A stretch of 36,563 nucleotides of DNA from a virus (Duplodnaviria > Caudoviricetes), in the IMG/VR virus record IMGVR_UViG_3300022930_000020, positions 1 to 36,563 of that record. One strand, written 5' to 3'. Below are positions 7,783 to 15,739 of this stretch, piece by piece; the stretch's first letter is position 1, and each line of letters starts with the position of its first letter. The translations under genes were made by a program, and so were the position numbers. Below the pieces are notes generated by a model that was not told the origin of the DNA, did no database searches, and worked only from the letters and a program-made list of their open reading frames with translations.

Positions 7783-9042
7783 CTAGGTATTAGTGTTATC
7801 GGTAGTTACTGTCAGCTTTGGTCCCATCAATTTGACTGCCTCGTCATTTGGATAACCGAAAACTATTTCAATCATAGCCAGCGCCGACTCATACGTCAGG
7901 CTTTTATCAGTGTACGCTTTTTGAATTGAAAGCAGGGCGTCTATTGCCTCTTTACTGCCTCTAAATTCTGCCTGTGCGTCAAGTGTGGCCTGGTCCTGTT
8001 GGTTCTCCTCTTCCTGTTGGTTCTCCTCGTCCGGATCCTCGTTTTGAATTTCGACTCCGATCTCTTTAAATGCCGCTTCTATTTTAAGCGCTTCAAACTC
8101 GCAGGTTTTTGCCCAGAAATCGATCGCCGCCTGATACGCCTCTCCGCTGTTCCCAAATAATCCCTCGCTCGGGTTTGCAAGGATCTGCGGAAAGCAGTAA
8201 ACCGCTGTACAAATCTTTTTACCTGCCTTGTCGTCTACCGCGTTAAATTTATCAATATCAATATTATTTCCGATCTCTACCTTTGTAAATATTTTGCTCA
8301 GGTCCTCGTCAGTGTTCACTGTGATAACGTGGTTCGTACCGCTGTTACGAACGGTTTTAGATCCTCGGAGCGCTCCGATAACCCGATCGGTGTTAGTCAG
8401 TTTACGCACGCCGTTCTCGTCTGCGTCTGCAGAAGTTTCCGCGGCTTTTTTCATTAGGAAAATGTTATTTCCAAATAAGGCGTTATCTGCGCTCGCGTCG
8501 ATGTGCGTAGGCGCGTTGCTTTCCACTTTCATCCACTTGAATACTGGTACAAAAACCGAAAACTCATACGGCGCTGTCGTTGTGTTATATTGGTAGATCT
8601 GCCCGCAGAATTTTTCGAATCCGCCTGCTTTTTCAACCTGTTCCGCTACGACTTTCTTATCGCTGTTGAAAGCCGGGAAAGTTTTACCTGTTCGGACATT
8701 TAGAAACAAAGAGGCTCTCCCTAGATCGTCGTGCTTTTTAACTCGGTACTGGCTCGATAATCTAAAATACGCAGCTTTGACTTCGAGATCGCTGTTATAC
8801 TCAACCCACACCGTAAAAAAACCGTACTTAATCTTTTCGTCTTTTATTTTTTCCCAATACGGGGCAAACTTTTCCTTAAGGTTTGGCAGTACGCAATATT
8901 TTTTGAACATTAAAACCGCCATTGAAGCGGTCGGACTGTTCCGGATTGCCTGGTCCATTTCCTTAAAGTAGTTTCCCTTTACAATCAGATCGACGTAATC
9001 TTTTTCTATACGTTCGGGTCTGCTGATCTCGGTAATTTCCAT
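7783..9042 (-). CDS. portal protein
   Basis: NYF...IRNSPTA N-terminal motif and AQAEFRGS...YESALAMIEIVFGY C-terminal motif, as in Bacteroidota siphophage portals. 419 aa. Confidence 0.75.
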   Translation of the reverse strand: MEITEISRPERIEKDYVDLIVKGNYFKEMDQAIRNSPTASMAVLMFKKYCVLPNLKEKFAPYWEKIKDEKIKYGFFTVWVEYNSDLEVKAAYFRLSSQYRVKKHDDLGRASLFLNVRTGKTFPAFNSDKKVVAEQVEKAGGFEKFCGQIYQYNTTTAPYEFSVFVPVFKWMKVESNAPTHIDASADNALFGNNIFLMKKAAETSADADENGVRKLTNTDRVIGALRGSKTVRNSGTNHVITVNTDEDLSKIFTKVEIGNNIDIDKFNAVDDKAGKKICTAVYCFPQILANPSEGLFGNSGEAYQAAIDFWAKTCEFEALKIEAAFKEIGVEIQNEDPDEENQQEEENQQDQATLDAQAEFRGSKEAIDALLSIQKAYTDKSLTYESALAMIEIVFGYPNDEAVKLMGPKLTVTTDNTNT

Positions 9043-9055
9043 AAGTTAAACGTTT

Positions 9056-9085
9056 AAAAAAAGCCTACTTTTTAGGCAGGCTTTT
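9056..9085 (-). terminator. intrinsic terminator after capsid/tail-tube operon
   Basis: Minus strand AAAAGCCTGC-CTAAAAA-GTAGGCTTTTTTT. Confidence 0.85.
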
Positions 9086-9110
9086 CGATTTTTAAAAAGG
9101 TGTTTTTTCG

Positions 9111-9668
9111 TTACGCTAGCGGGTCGATTTTAGCCTCTGCTTCTGCTTTAGCCTCTGCTTCTGCTTTAGCCTCTGCTTCTGCTTTAGCCTCTGCTTCTGC
9201 TTTAGCCTCTGCTTCTGCTTTAGCCTCTGCTTCTGCTTTAGCCTCTGCTTCTGCTTTAGCCTTTTTATCTGCCGCAGCTTTTGCAGCTCCGGTCAAAGGT
9301 TTAGCGACTGCAGGTTTAGCTGGCGCCTCTGGTGCAGCGTTTAAAATTTTATCGATTTTATCCTCGCTAAAGTTATCGAATTTATCCGGCGCAACTGCGT
9401 GAACAAGTTTCGCCTGGATTAATTTCTCCTTAATCTGGTCCTCAGTGTCGGAGGGGTGAATCGGGTATAATACTCCGGTAGTCCCGTCCTCAGCTCTGTA
9501 GGCTACTGCTCCCAATCTGAGAGCGAAAAGCTTTTCATTTTTCATAGCTAAATAGTTTTTATAGTGTGTGTCGATGTTGTTACCCGCCCCGCAGGACGCA
9601 CACGTTTTCTGTCTTTCAATATACTGCCTCGCATCCAGAGGCAGGCTGTTAAACTCTTCTGTCGTCAT
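9111..9668 (-). CDS. hypothetical protein with CxxC, (AKAEAE)7 helix and DPLA C-terminus
   Basis: 185 aa. The start overlaps the stop of the upstream tail-tube gene. Confidence 0.8.
   Translation of the reverse strand: MTTEEFNSLPLDARQYIERQKTCASCGAGNNIDTHYKNYLAMKNEKLFALRLGAVAYRAEDGTTGVLYPIHPSDTEDQIKEKLIQAKLVHAVAPDKFDNFSEDKIDKILNAAPEAPAKPAVAKPLTGAAKAAADKKAKAEAEAKAEAEAKAEAEAKAEAEAKAEAEAKAEAEAKAEAEAKIDPLA
9129..9262. repeat. 18-bp tandem repeat, 7 perfect copies plus 8 bp
   Basis: Unit TTTAGCCTCTGCTTCTGC, encoding AKAEAE repeats. Confidence 0.95.
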
Positions 9669-10315
9669 TACCCGACAACATCTAAACGATCGTTAAACTG
9701 CGCCAGTGTAGCGGCATAAGTGCCGTTTAGCCAGTTAACCCCGTTCGGTGTCGCCTCTTCGCCTCCTGTGATGCTGGCGAAGTTTCCGGCTACCCTGTTG
9801 CCGAACTCTGGCGTCGTAGGAATAGGCAGGAATTTAAGACCGTTAGAAATGCCGTAAATGTGGAATCTCGCCTCCGGAGTAACTGCACCCTTAAGCGGGC
9901 CGACTAAAGCCCATAAACCGGAGTTTAAAGCTTTTACGTTTGCTTTCCCTGTTGCAGTCTCAGAGTTTGGTATGACTAAAGGTCCTAAACTCTGCTTGTA
10001 CGAATCGGCGACGCTTGTACCCTCTATCACCTCATAGTTAGGCAGCATCGAGTTATACATCCATTCCAATTTAACAGGGTAATAGGCCGAAGCTGCTAAA
10101 GGATACACTCCTGTAGCGGGGTCGATGACCTCTATATCTGTGATAAGATACGGGTTTGTAACGTCGGGCGTCGCGCTAAGAGCTTCAATTCTTACCGCGT
10201 ACATAAGCGAGTTAAGATTTAACGGCACGGCGTCGCAGGCTTTCGTAACGTCCTCCGTTTTTCCGCAGAAAGCCATAAGAACGATAAGAGGTATTTTATT
10301 TTTTAATGTTTTCAT
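9668..10315 (-). CDS. putative major tail (tube) protein
   Basis: 215 aa, beta-rich, follows the capsid gene. IYGISNGL motif and N-terminal Cys pair as in Bacteroidota siphophage tail tubes. Confidence 0.55.
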   Translation of the reverse strand: MKTLKNKIPLIVLMAFCGKTEDVTKACDAVPLNLNSLMYAVRIEALSATPDVTNPYLITDIEVIDPATGVYPLAASAYYPVKLEWMYNSMLPNYEVIEGTSVADSYKQSLGPLVIPNSETATGKANVKALNSGLWALVGPLKGAVTPEARFHIYGISNGLKFLPIPTTPEFGNRVAGNFASITGGEEATPNGVNWLNGTYAATLAQFNDRLDVVG

Positions 10316-10335
10316 ATCCTTTTAAGATTTTAAAA

Positions 10336-11361
10336 TTAGTATGCTACCACGTAATAGTCGGAGCTTACTGCTTCCGGCTGCATGATAGTTAACATTGTCC
10401 CAGCCTCCCATCTTTTTGAAACGCGATCGAAATCGGTATCAAATGAAGACTCTACAGGTCTAGGAAATTCCAACGCCGGCAGGCCGATAGTTAAAACCAT
10501 ACGGTGAGGCAGGTTGATCGTGCCGACTGTGCCCGGTTTTAAATCGCGGATTGCGATAGAGAAGTGCTCGTATTTAATCACCTGAACGTCTCTGTAAATG
10601 AACGAATCGAAGTTACCAAACTCGTTTTCGATCGGCTGCTGGCGAACGCTGTAAAGTTCGTCTTTTTGCAGTTTAGCCATAACAGCGTCGAAGAGCTCAA
10701 CCGTGGCCCAGATCATTTTTGCCGAGTTAACTACAATCTGCATAGAAAGCGACTGAGCGTTTAACATCTGATCGATATACGCCAGAGCCTCGTCTGCAGT
10801 TACCGTCATCTGCAGAGCAGTTGTGCCCGCAGCGTTTTCTGAGATCACAACGTGAGCAGGGTTCGTCGCAAGTATTTTTGTCCATTGTCCGTTATCCTTT
10901 TTATAGGCCGGCAATAGCGCTGCGTTGTTTAAATCTCCCGCTACATACGCAGTGTTACCCAACCAGTAAGTTTTCAAAGCTGAGAACGTTAACTGAATAG
11001 CTTGCTGCTGCGCTTTTTGGTTTTCCAAAATGGTTGTCGGTTCTGGATAGATTGGATCGATTCCGTATACCGCCAGCTCACCCTCTGTTAAATCTGTTAA
11101 ACAGATATAGCAGGTGTCGTTCATTTGGATTTTTGTATTTTTCAATACGTTAGGAACGGCGCACAAATCTGTAACTGAACAGTTGGCAGAAAGGATCGCG
11201 TCCGAAATAACAATAGGCGCCAGCATATAGGTGTTAGGCTTTAAAGTTACAGAGGTGTTGTACTTCTGAGTAGCTTTGGCCAGTGCCTCCATAAGCGCGA
11301 TCTGGAAATCTGACTCCTGGGCCTCGTACCCGACTAAAGTCATGTTATTAGCTGTAATCAT
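10336..11361 (-). CDS. major capsid protein
   Basis: 341 aa following protease and scaffold genes. YWLGNT...DNGQW pattern fits HK97-fold capsid proteins of this phage type. Confidence 0.72.
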   Translation of the reverse strand: MITANNMTLVGYEAQESDFQIALMEALAKATQKYNTSVTLKPNTYMLAPIVISDAILSANCSVTDLCAVPNVLKNTKIQMNDTCYICLTDLTEGELAVYGIDPIYPEPTTILENQKAQQQAIQLTFSALKTYWLGNTAYVAGDLNNAALLPAYKKDNGQWTKILATNPAHVVISENAAGTTALQMTVTADEALAYIDQMLNAQSLSMQIVVNSAKMIWATVELFDAVMAKLQKDELYSVRQQPIENEFGNFDSFIYRDVQVIKYEHFSIAIRDLKPGTVGTINLPHRMVLTIGLPALEFPRPVESSFDTDFDRVSKRWEAGTMLTIMQPEAVSSDYYVVAY

Positions 11362-11370
11362 TAGCTTTGT

Positions 11371-11958
11371 TTATTTTAAGTTAATTTTTTTAAGGTCGAT
11401 AGTTTTACCCGCGACTTTAATAGTTGTTTTTTCGTCCTGATCGTCTCCGTCTCCGGTGCCGTCGCCTCCGTGCTTCATTAAGCCTTTTAGCTTTTTGATC
11501 TCTTCGCGGAGTGCTGCGTTATCGGCAATCACTTGATCAATAGAGGCCTGCGCCGTAGTTCTAAAACCCTCGTTAACCGCAAGCTCTGACGCCACTGCTT
11601 CGATAAACTCAGCAGTTTCCGCGTTCATAGCTTCGGGATCTGGTTCGTCCTCTCCGGTCTGGTCCTCTACGACGTGCGTAACTTTTCCCGCAACTACTTC
11701 GATAGTGTATACCGATCCGTCAACCGTAAAAACGTGTTTACCATCGGTAGCCGTGACCTCGACGTCCTGGTCGATTTCCGAAACATCGCCGATATTAGGA
11801 AAGATTAAGGTCTCGCCTGTAGCGTCGTCGATCTCTAGTTTTGCCGTAGCTGCAGGTTTTGGTTTTTTGCCTCTCAATTTCAGCTTAGCCAATCTCTCTG
11901 CCCACGGTCCGCCGTTTAATTTTCCAAAAAATCCGGCCTGGATTGTGTTCTTATTCAT
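11371..11958 (-). CDS. putative capsid scaffolding protein
   Basis: Acidic, DGKHVF.VDG motif plus C-terminal coiled coil. Located between protease and capsid. Confidence 0.6.
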   Translation of the reverse strand: MNKNTIQAGFFGKLNGGPWAERLAKLKLRGKKPKPAATAKLEIDDATGETLIFPNIGDVSEIDQDVEVTATDGKHVFTVDGSVYTIEVVAGKVTHVVEDQTGEDEPDPEAMNAETAEFIEAVASELAVNEGFRTTAQASIDQVIADNAALREEIKKLKGLMKHGGDGTGDGDDQDEKTTIKVAGKTIDLKKINLK

Positions 11959-11965
11959 AGTATAT

Positions 11966-12478
11966 TTATATTAGTTCATATTCTCTTTCCATAAATCCCA
12001 GATAAATCATATCTTCTTTACTTAAAAAATTATCGTTCTTTTTTAAGATCTCGAGCATTCCGGGGTCGGCTGTTGTATTTTCAGCCAGTATTTTATTAGT
12101 TATAGCGTCGCATCTTTCCAGCTCCTCGACCATCTCCTTAGCTTCTTTTGAAGTTACCCTGGACATAAACAACTCTATGCCTGCAGAGTGAAACATGAAA
12201 TCGGCATCGTCGTCCGCCAGTTTAATGTCGCCCATCAGGAACAAAAACAGACCGCAGCTGTAAGCGAATAGATCTACATTCGTAATGAACACAAAACCCT
12301 CGTTTTTTTTCTGAGTGATAACCTGCTCCATCTGCTCGAGTACGTGGCAGTAACCTCCGCAGCTTTCAATATCCATAAGAACAGCACAAGGTTTTGAAAG
12401 TCCGGACATGAAAGCGGTGAACCTGTCAGCCAGCGGCTGCTCGAAATCCTCGTATACATTAAATTCTACTGTTTCCAT
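11966..12478 (-). CDS. ClpP-like (S14) prohead maturation protease
   Basis: DIESCGG, AYSCG (catalytic Ser), FMFH (catalytic His). Confidence 0.85.
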   Translation of the reverse strand: METVEFNVYEDFEQPLADRFTAFMSGLSKPCAVLMDIESCGGYCHVLEQMEQVITQKKNEGFVFITNVDLFAYSCGLFLFLMGDIKLADDDADFMFHSAGIELFMSRVTSKEAKEMVEELERCDAITNKILAENTTADPGMLEILKKNDNFLSKEDMIYLGFMEREYELI

Positions 12479-12705
12479 TTAGGGCAAATATTATCAGGTT
12501 CTTTTGCAAATATCTTTGTCGCGAGAGGGCAGTCGCAGACGGTGCACACGTATCCGTTTACGTCCTCCATTTTTGAATGCAGGATCCTGGCATAAGAGCG
12601 GATTTCTTTTAAAGGGCATTCCCTGCAAATGCTTGACCGCCTTTGCTCCTCCGCTCCTATCTCGCCGGATATGTGCTGCTTAAGCGCCTGCAAAAAATCT
12701 ATCAT
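12466..12705 (-). CDS. small Cys-rich (metal-binding) protein
   Basis: R.SICRECP...CTVCDCPLATK...CPKW. ATG at 12705 is preferred over the TTG inside the terminator tail. Confidence 0.75.
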   Translation of the reverse strand: MIDFLQALKQHISGEIGAEEQRRSSICRECPLKEIRSYARILHSKMEDVNGYVCTVCDCPLATKIFAKEPDNICPKWKQ

Positions 12706-12724
12706 ATCGAAAATATTATAAAGC

Positions 12725-12760
12725 AAAAAATCCCTTTCCGCATAGCAGAAAAGGATTTTT
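12725..12760 (-). terminator. intrinsic terminator/attenuator upstream of head operon
   Basis: Minus strand AAAAATCCTTTTCTGC-TAT-GCGGAAAGGGATTTTTT. Confidence 0.8.
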
Positions 12761-12797
12761 ACGGTCTTTTAGAATGAGTGTTACAGGTGCTGTACAT
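12759..12797 (-). CDS. candidate 12-aa leader peptide MYSTCNTHSKRP
   Basis: ATG about 20 nt after the predicted TSS. Its TAA overlaps the terminator 5' arm. Too short to verify by eye. Confidence 0.3.
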   Translation of the reverse strand: MYSTCNTHSKRP

Positions 12798-12822
12798 CTT
12801 AATACAGTGTTTTAGAGTTGGA

Positions 12823-12852
12823 CAAATATAAGTATTATTTTTATATGTGCAA
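12823..12852 (-). promoter_or_regulatory. Bacteroidota sigmaA promoter
   Basis: Minus strand TTG-N19-TATATTTG. Confidence 0.8.
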
Positions 12853-12864
12853 CTTTTCGAGCGT

Positions 12865-12894
12865 AAAAAAGTCCGCAACGTATCGCGGACCTTT
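12865..12894 (-). terminator. intrinsic terminator downstream of tape measure gene
   Basis: Minus strand AAAGGTCCGC-GATACGTT-GCGGACTTTTTT. Confidence 0.85.
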
Positions 12895-12955
12895 CCCTCC
12901 TTTCACTAGATAAATAATTAAACCATCAAATCAAAATTAGTTATTAAAAACCCCA
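12865..12955 (-). ncRNA. candidate sRNA / 3'UTR-derived RNA
   Basis: U-rich non-coding stretch ending in a terminator, with a weak -7 element (TATATTTA, 12961-12968). Contains a segment complementary to the polA leader. Confidence 0.35.
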
Positions 12956-12991
12956 GGCTGTAAATATAGTTAAAAATTTAATACTCAGACA

Positions 12992-15736
12992 TTACTGCGA
13001 ATTAATTTTAACTTGTTTCGATTTTTCGACCTCCTGCAGAGTTTCCACCACCAGTACAACCTGTGTATTATCCTGCGCCTCTTGTATCGGTGCGGCGTCT
13101 ACGGTCGCTACGGTCTGAGTCCGTGCAGGGTTTTCGAATATGGCCGCCGCGGGGGTTGCTCCTCCGGATCCTGTGCTCGGTGCGCTGGCAGAGGCTCCGC
13201 CCCCTCCTCCGTCTTTGTTGGTTTTAAGAATATTTTTTACTGCCGCGAATCCGGTAGCGGCCGCCAAAGCGACTGCCGGGATCGCCATAGGCCAGCCAAG
13301 CGCAACCCCTGCCGTAATACCTTGATACGTATTAATCAAAGCCATTGCAACGGATAAAGCTTTGCTCTCGCCGAAAATCATTTCTGCAGCCGCGAGAGAA
13401 TCTTTTACGATACTGATCTGAGCTGCCCGTTTTGTGGCGGCGACTTCTTTATCTATTTTTTTAACTGCGAGCGCGTACTTTTTATCCTCGAGCAGTTTTA
13501 AATTTGTAACTTCCGCCGCGGTTTTTTTGCCTGCCTCGAGTTCCAGATCTAGTGCCGCCTTGCGCTGTTCGAGCTGTATCGCCCAGGTGTCCTTTTGCAG
13601 TTCTGTGTCTGCGTCCAGTTTACTGCGCATCATTTCTGACTCGGTGAGGTTTTGATCTTCTAACTGCAGTATGCGCATTTCAAACTGAACGTCTAAAAGT
13701 GTCTGCTGTTCCTGGCGCGCGATTTCTAAGCGCTGTTTTCTGCCCTCCTCGTAACTTTTCTCGATTAAATCTATACTTTCGCTATAGCCTTTGTTTATTT
13801 CGATCAGGGCTGCCGCCTTTTCAGACTCTAAAAGCTTGCTGTCCTCGATACGTTTGACCTGAATGTCGCGAAGAAAGGCCGCGTTTGCAACCTCGTCCAG
13901 CATACGCTCGTCGTCCAGCTCCTTTTCGGCTTCGAATTTCTTCTTTTGTGCGTCGATTTCGCTCGATATTGTTTTTTCAGCGAGCGCCAGTATCTCGGTG
14001 GACTGCGTTTTTGTCAAATTTAGACTCGCCAGCTGTGCCTCTTTCTCTGGTATCAGGTTTTGAGATCTTTTAAACTTGACAAGATCGAGCTCTTTCTGCG
14101 TAATCTCATTTATAAACGCCAGGCGCTCTTCGTCCGATTGGTTCAGTCTCGCGTTTTTAGCGCGGGCGATCCCGATCTCGGCCTCCATATCCTTGACAAT
14201 CGCCTGCAGACGTTTCTCTGCGGCGGCTCTCGCTTTCTCCTGACGCGCGGCCTCTTTCGCGGCGGCTTCGTCAAGCAGTTTGTCGCGCTTGTTGTAGGTC
14301 TTTTCAAGATTAACCGTTACCTCGTTTTCGAGATCGATCGCTTTTATACGGGCTCGGTTCAAATTGTCGTACTCCTCGTCGTAAACACCTCCGCGGCTTT
14401 CGGCCAGTTCCTTTGTGGCGTCTCCGGTTTCTTTTAAAAGTTTTTTCTCTGCCTCTGTGAACTGCGCTTTTATGGCGATTGCCTCGCGCGCGTTTGCGAC
14501 CTCCTGATCGACTAACTTTTTACGCTGCTGGTAATCTATGTTTTCGCGTTTTGTGATCTCCTCTGTGATCGCCAGGCGCTCTTTTTCTGTTTTTGTACGG
14601 TCTTTAAGTTCGACGTTTAGTTTGTTTATCGCAGCTCTGTTTTTGGCCGTGGTAACCTCCTGCGCTTTCATAGCGTCGTCAAGATCCTGCTGTGCTTTGG
14701 TGAGCGCAGCCGCGCGCGTTGCGGCCTGGTCCATATCACTGCCCAGAGAGCTCAGTGCTTCGCCGAGTCCTTTCGCTCCGGTTATCACTGCGAGTACCGT
14801 ATTTTTAAATACTGTAAATACTGCCGTTACGGCTGCGAATCCCTGTTCTATTTTGTCGAGCAGAGGCTGGAAAGTTTTAAAAACATTGTATAGTACTCCG
14901 ATAACGACAACGATAGCAGTCAGGACCGCACCCAGAGGCGTAGCCACGAAAGCCAGCGCTGCCTTTACCATCGACATAAGCCCCTTAGACGATGACTCTG
15001 CCGCGGTGCCCATAGCGGTCTCGCCTGCAGCCGCTGCGACTGTAGACTCTGCCACGTTCTCGGCGGATCCCGCAAGCGTGTTACTGACGTTCGCAGCCTT
15101 AACTGTCGCGTTTTCAAAGCCGATCATTTTCTGGATCGACGCGCTCGCCTGTGTGCCTATCTCGGTGAAACTTGAAATTACGTCCTGCCCTCCCTGGACA
15201 AAGCCGACTATTTTTTGAGTCGCCCCGCCAAATGCGTTGCCTACGTTATTAACCAGCGTCGGATAATTTCCTATGTTATCTTTCTGCTTCTCCATTTTAC
15301 TGCCGTTAGCAGTCAGATAGGCGTCATTCTCATTTATCTTTTTATTTAATAAATCCAACGCCTCGACGCCCTCTTTCGTTTCGGTGTTCAGCTGTCCGCG
15401 GATCTCTTTAAGTTCTTTTGATTGGGCGATTGCCTGGTCGCGGCTCTTCGCCGTTTCGGTCAGCGCCTTATTAGTTTTTAATTCCGAAAGGGTGAGGTCG
15501 TTAATTGCGGCCGACTGCGTTTTATACTGGGCATTAAGTTTTTTAAGCGCCTGCTCGTTTGCGACAAATGCTTTCGTCGAATCGCCGAACGGATCGCCGT
15601 TTGATTTTATTTCTTTTCGCAGGTCCGCGTTTGCTTTCTGCAGTTCAAAAATTTGCTGCTTTGTCTCGACGATAGAATTATTTGCCGCGGTCTTATCGAT
15701 CGTCAGCGTGGCGATATTAATTATTTGCTCGTCCAT
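12992..15736 (-). CDS. tape measure protein
   Basis: 914 aa, coiled-coil and Ala/Glu/Lys-rich, NIGNY motif, two hydrophobic TM regions. Confidence 0.8.
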   Translation of the reverse strand: MDEQIINIATLTIDKTAANNSIVETKQQIFELQKANADLRKEIKSNGDPFGDSTKAFVANEQALKKLNAQYKTQSAAINDLTLSELKTNKALTETAKSRDQAIAQSKELKEIRGQLNTETKEGVEALDLLNKKINENDAYLTANGSKMEKQKDNIGNYPTLVNNVGNAFGGATQKIVGFVQGGQDVISSFTEIGTQASASIQKMIGFENATVKAANVSNTLAGSAENVAESTVAAAAGETAMGTAAESSSKGLMSMVKAALAFVATPLGAVLTAIVVVIGVLYNVFKTFQPLLDKIEQGFAAVTAVFTVFKNTVLAVITGAKGLGEALSSLGSDMDQAATRAAALTKAQQDLDDAMKAQEVTTAKNRAAINKLNVELKDRTKTEKERLAITEEITKRENIDYQQRKKLVDQEVANAREAIAIKAQFTEAEKKLLKETGDATKELAESRGGVYDEEYDNLNRARIKAIDLENEVTVNLEKTYNKRDKLLDEAAAKEAARQEKARAAAEKRLQAIVKDMEAEIGIARAKNARLNQSDEERLAFINEITQKELDLVKFKRSQNLIPEKEAQLASLNLTKTQSTEILALAEKTISSEIDAQKKKFEAEKELDDERMLDEVANAAFLRDIQVKRIEDSKLLESEKAAALIEINKGYSESIDLIEKSYEEGRKQRLEIARQEQQTLLDVQFEMRILQLEDQNLTESEMMRSKLDADTELQKDTWAIQLEQRKAALDLELEAGKKTAAEVTNLKLLEDKKYALAVKKIDKEVAATKRAAQISIVKDSLAAAEMIFGESKALSVAMALINTYQGITAGVALGWPMAIPAVALAAATGFAAVKNILKTNKDGGGGGASASAPSTGSGGATPAAAIFENPARTQTVATVDAAPIQEAQDNTQVVLVVETLQEVEKSKQVKINSQ

Positions 15737-15739
15737 TTC

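Noticed and set aside
9129-9262. CRISPR array
   Set aside because: Contiguous in-frame 18-bp units with no spacers.
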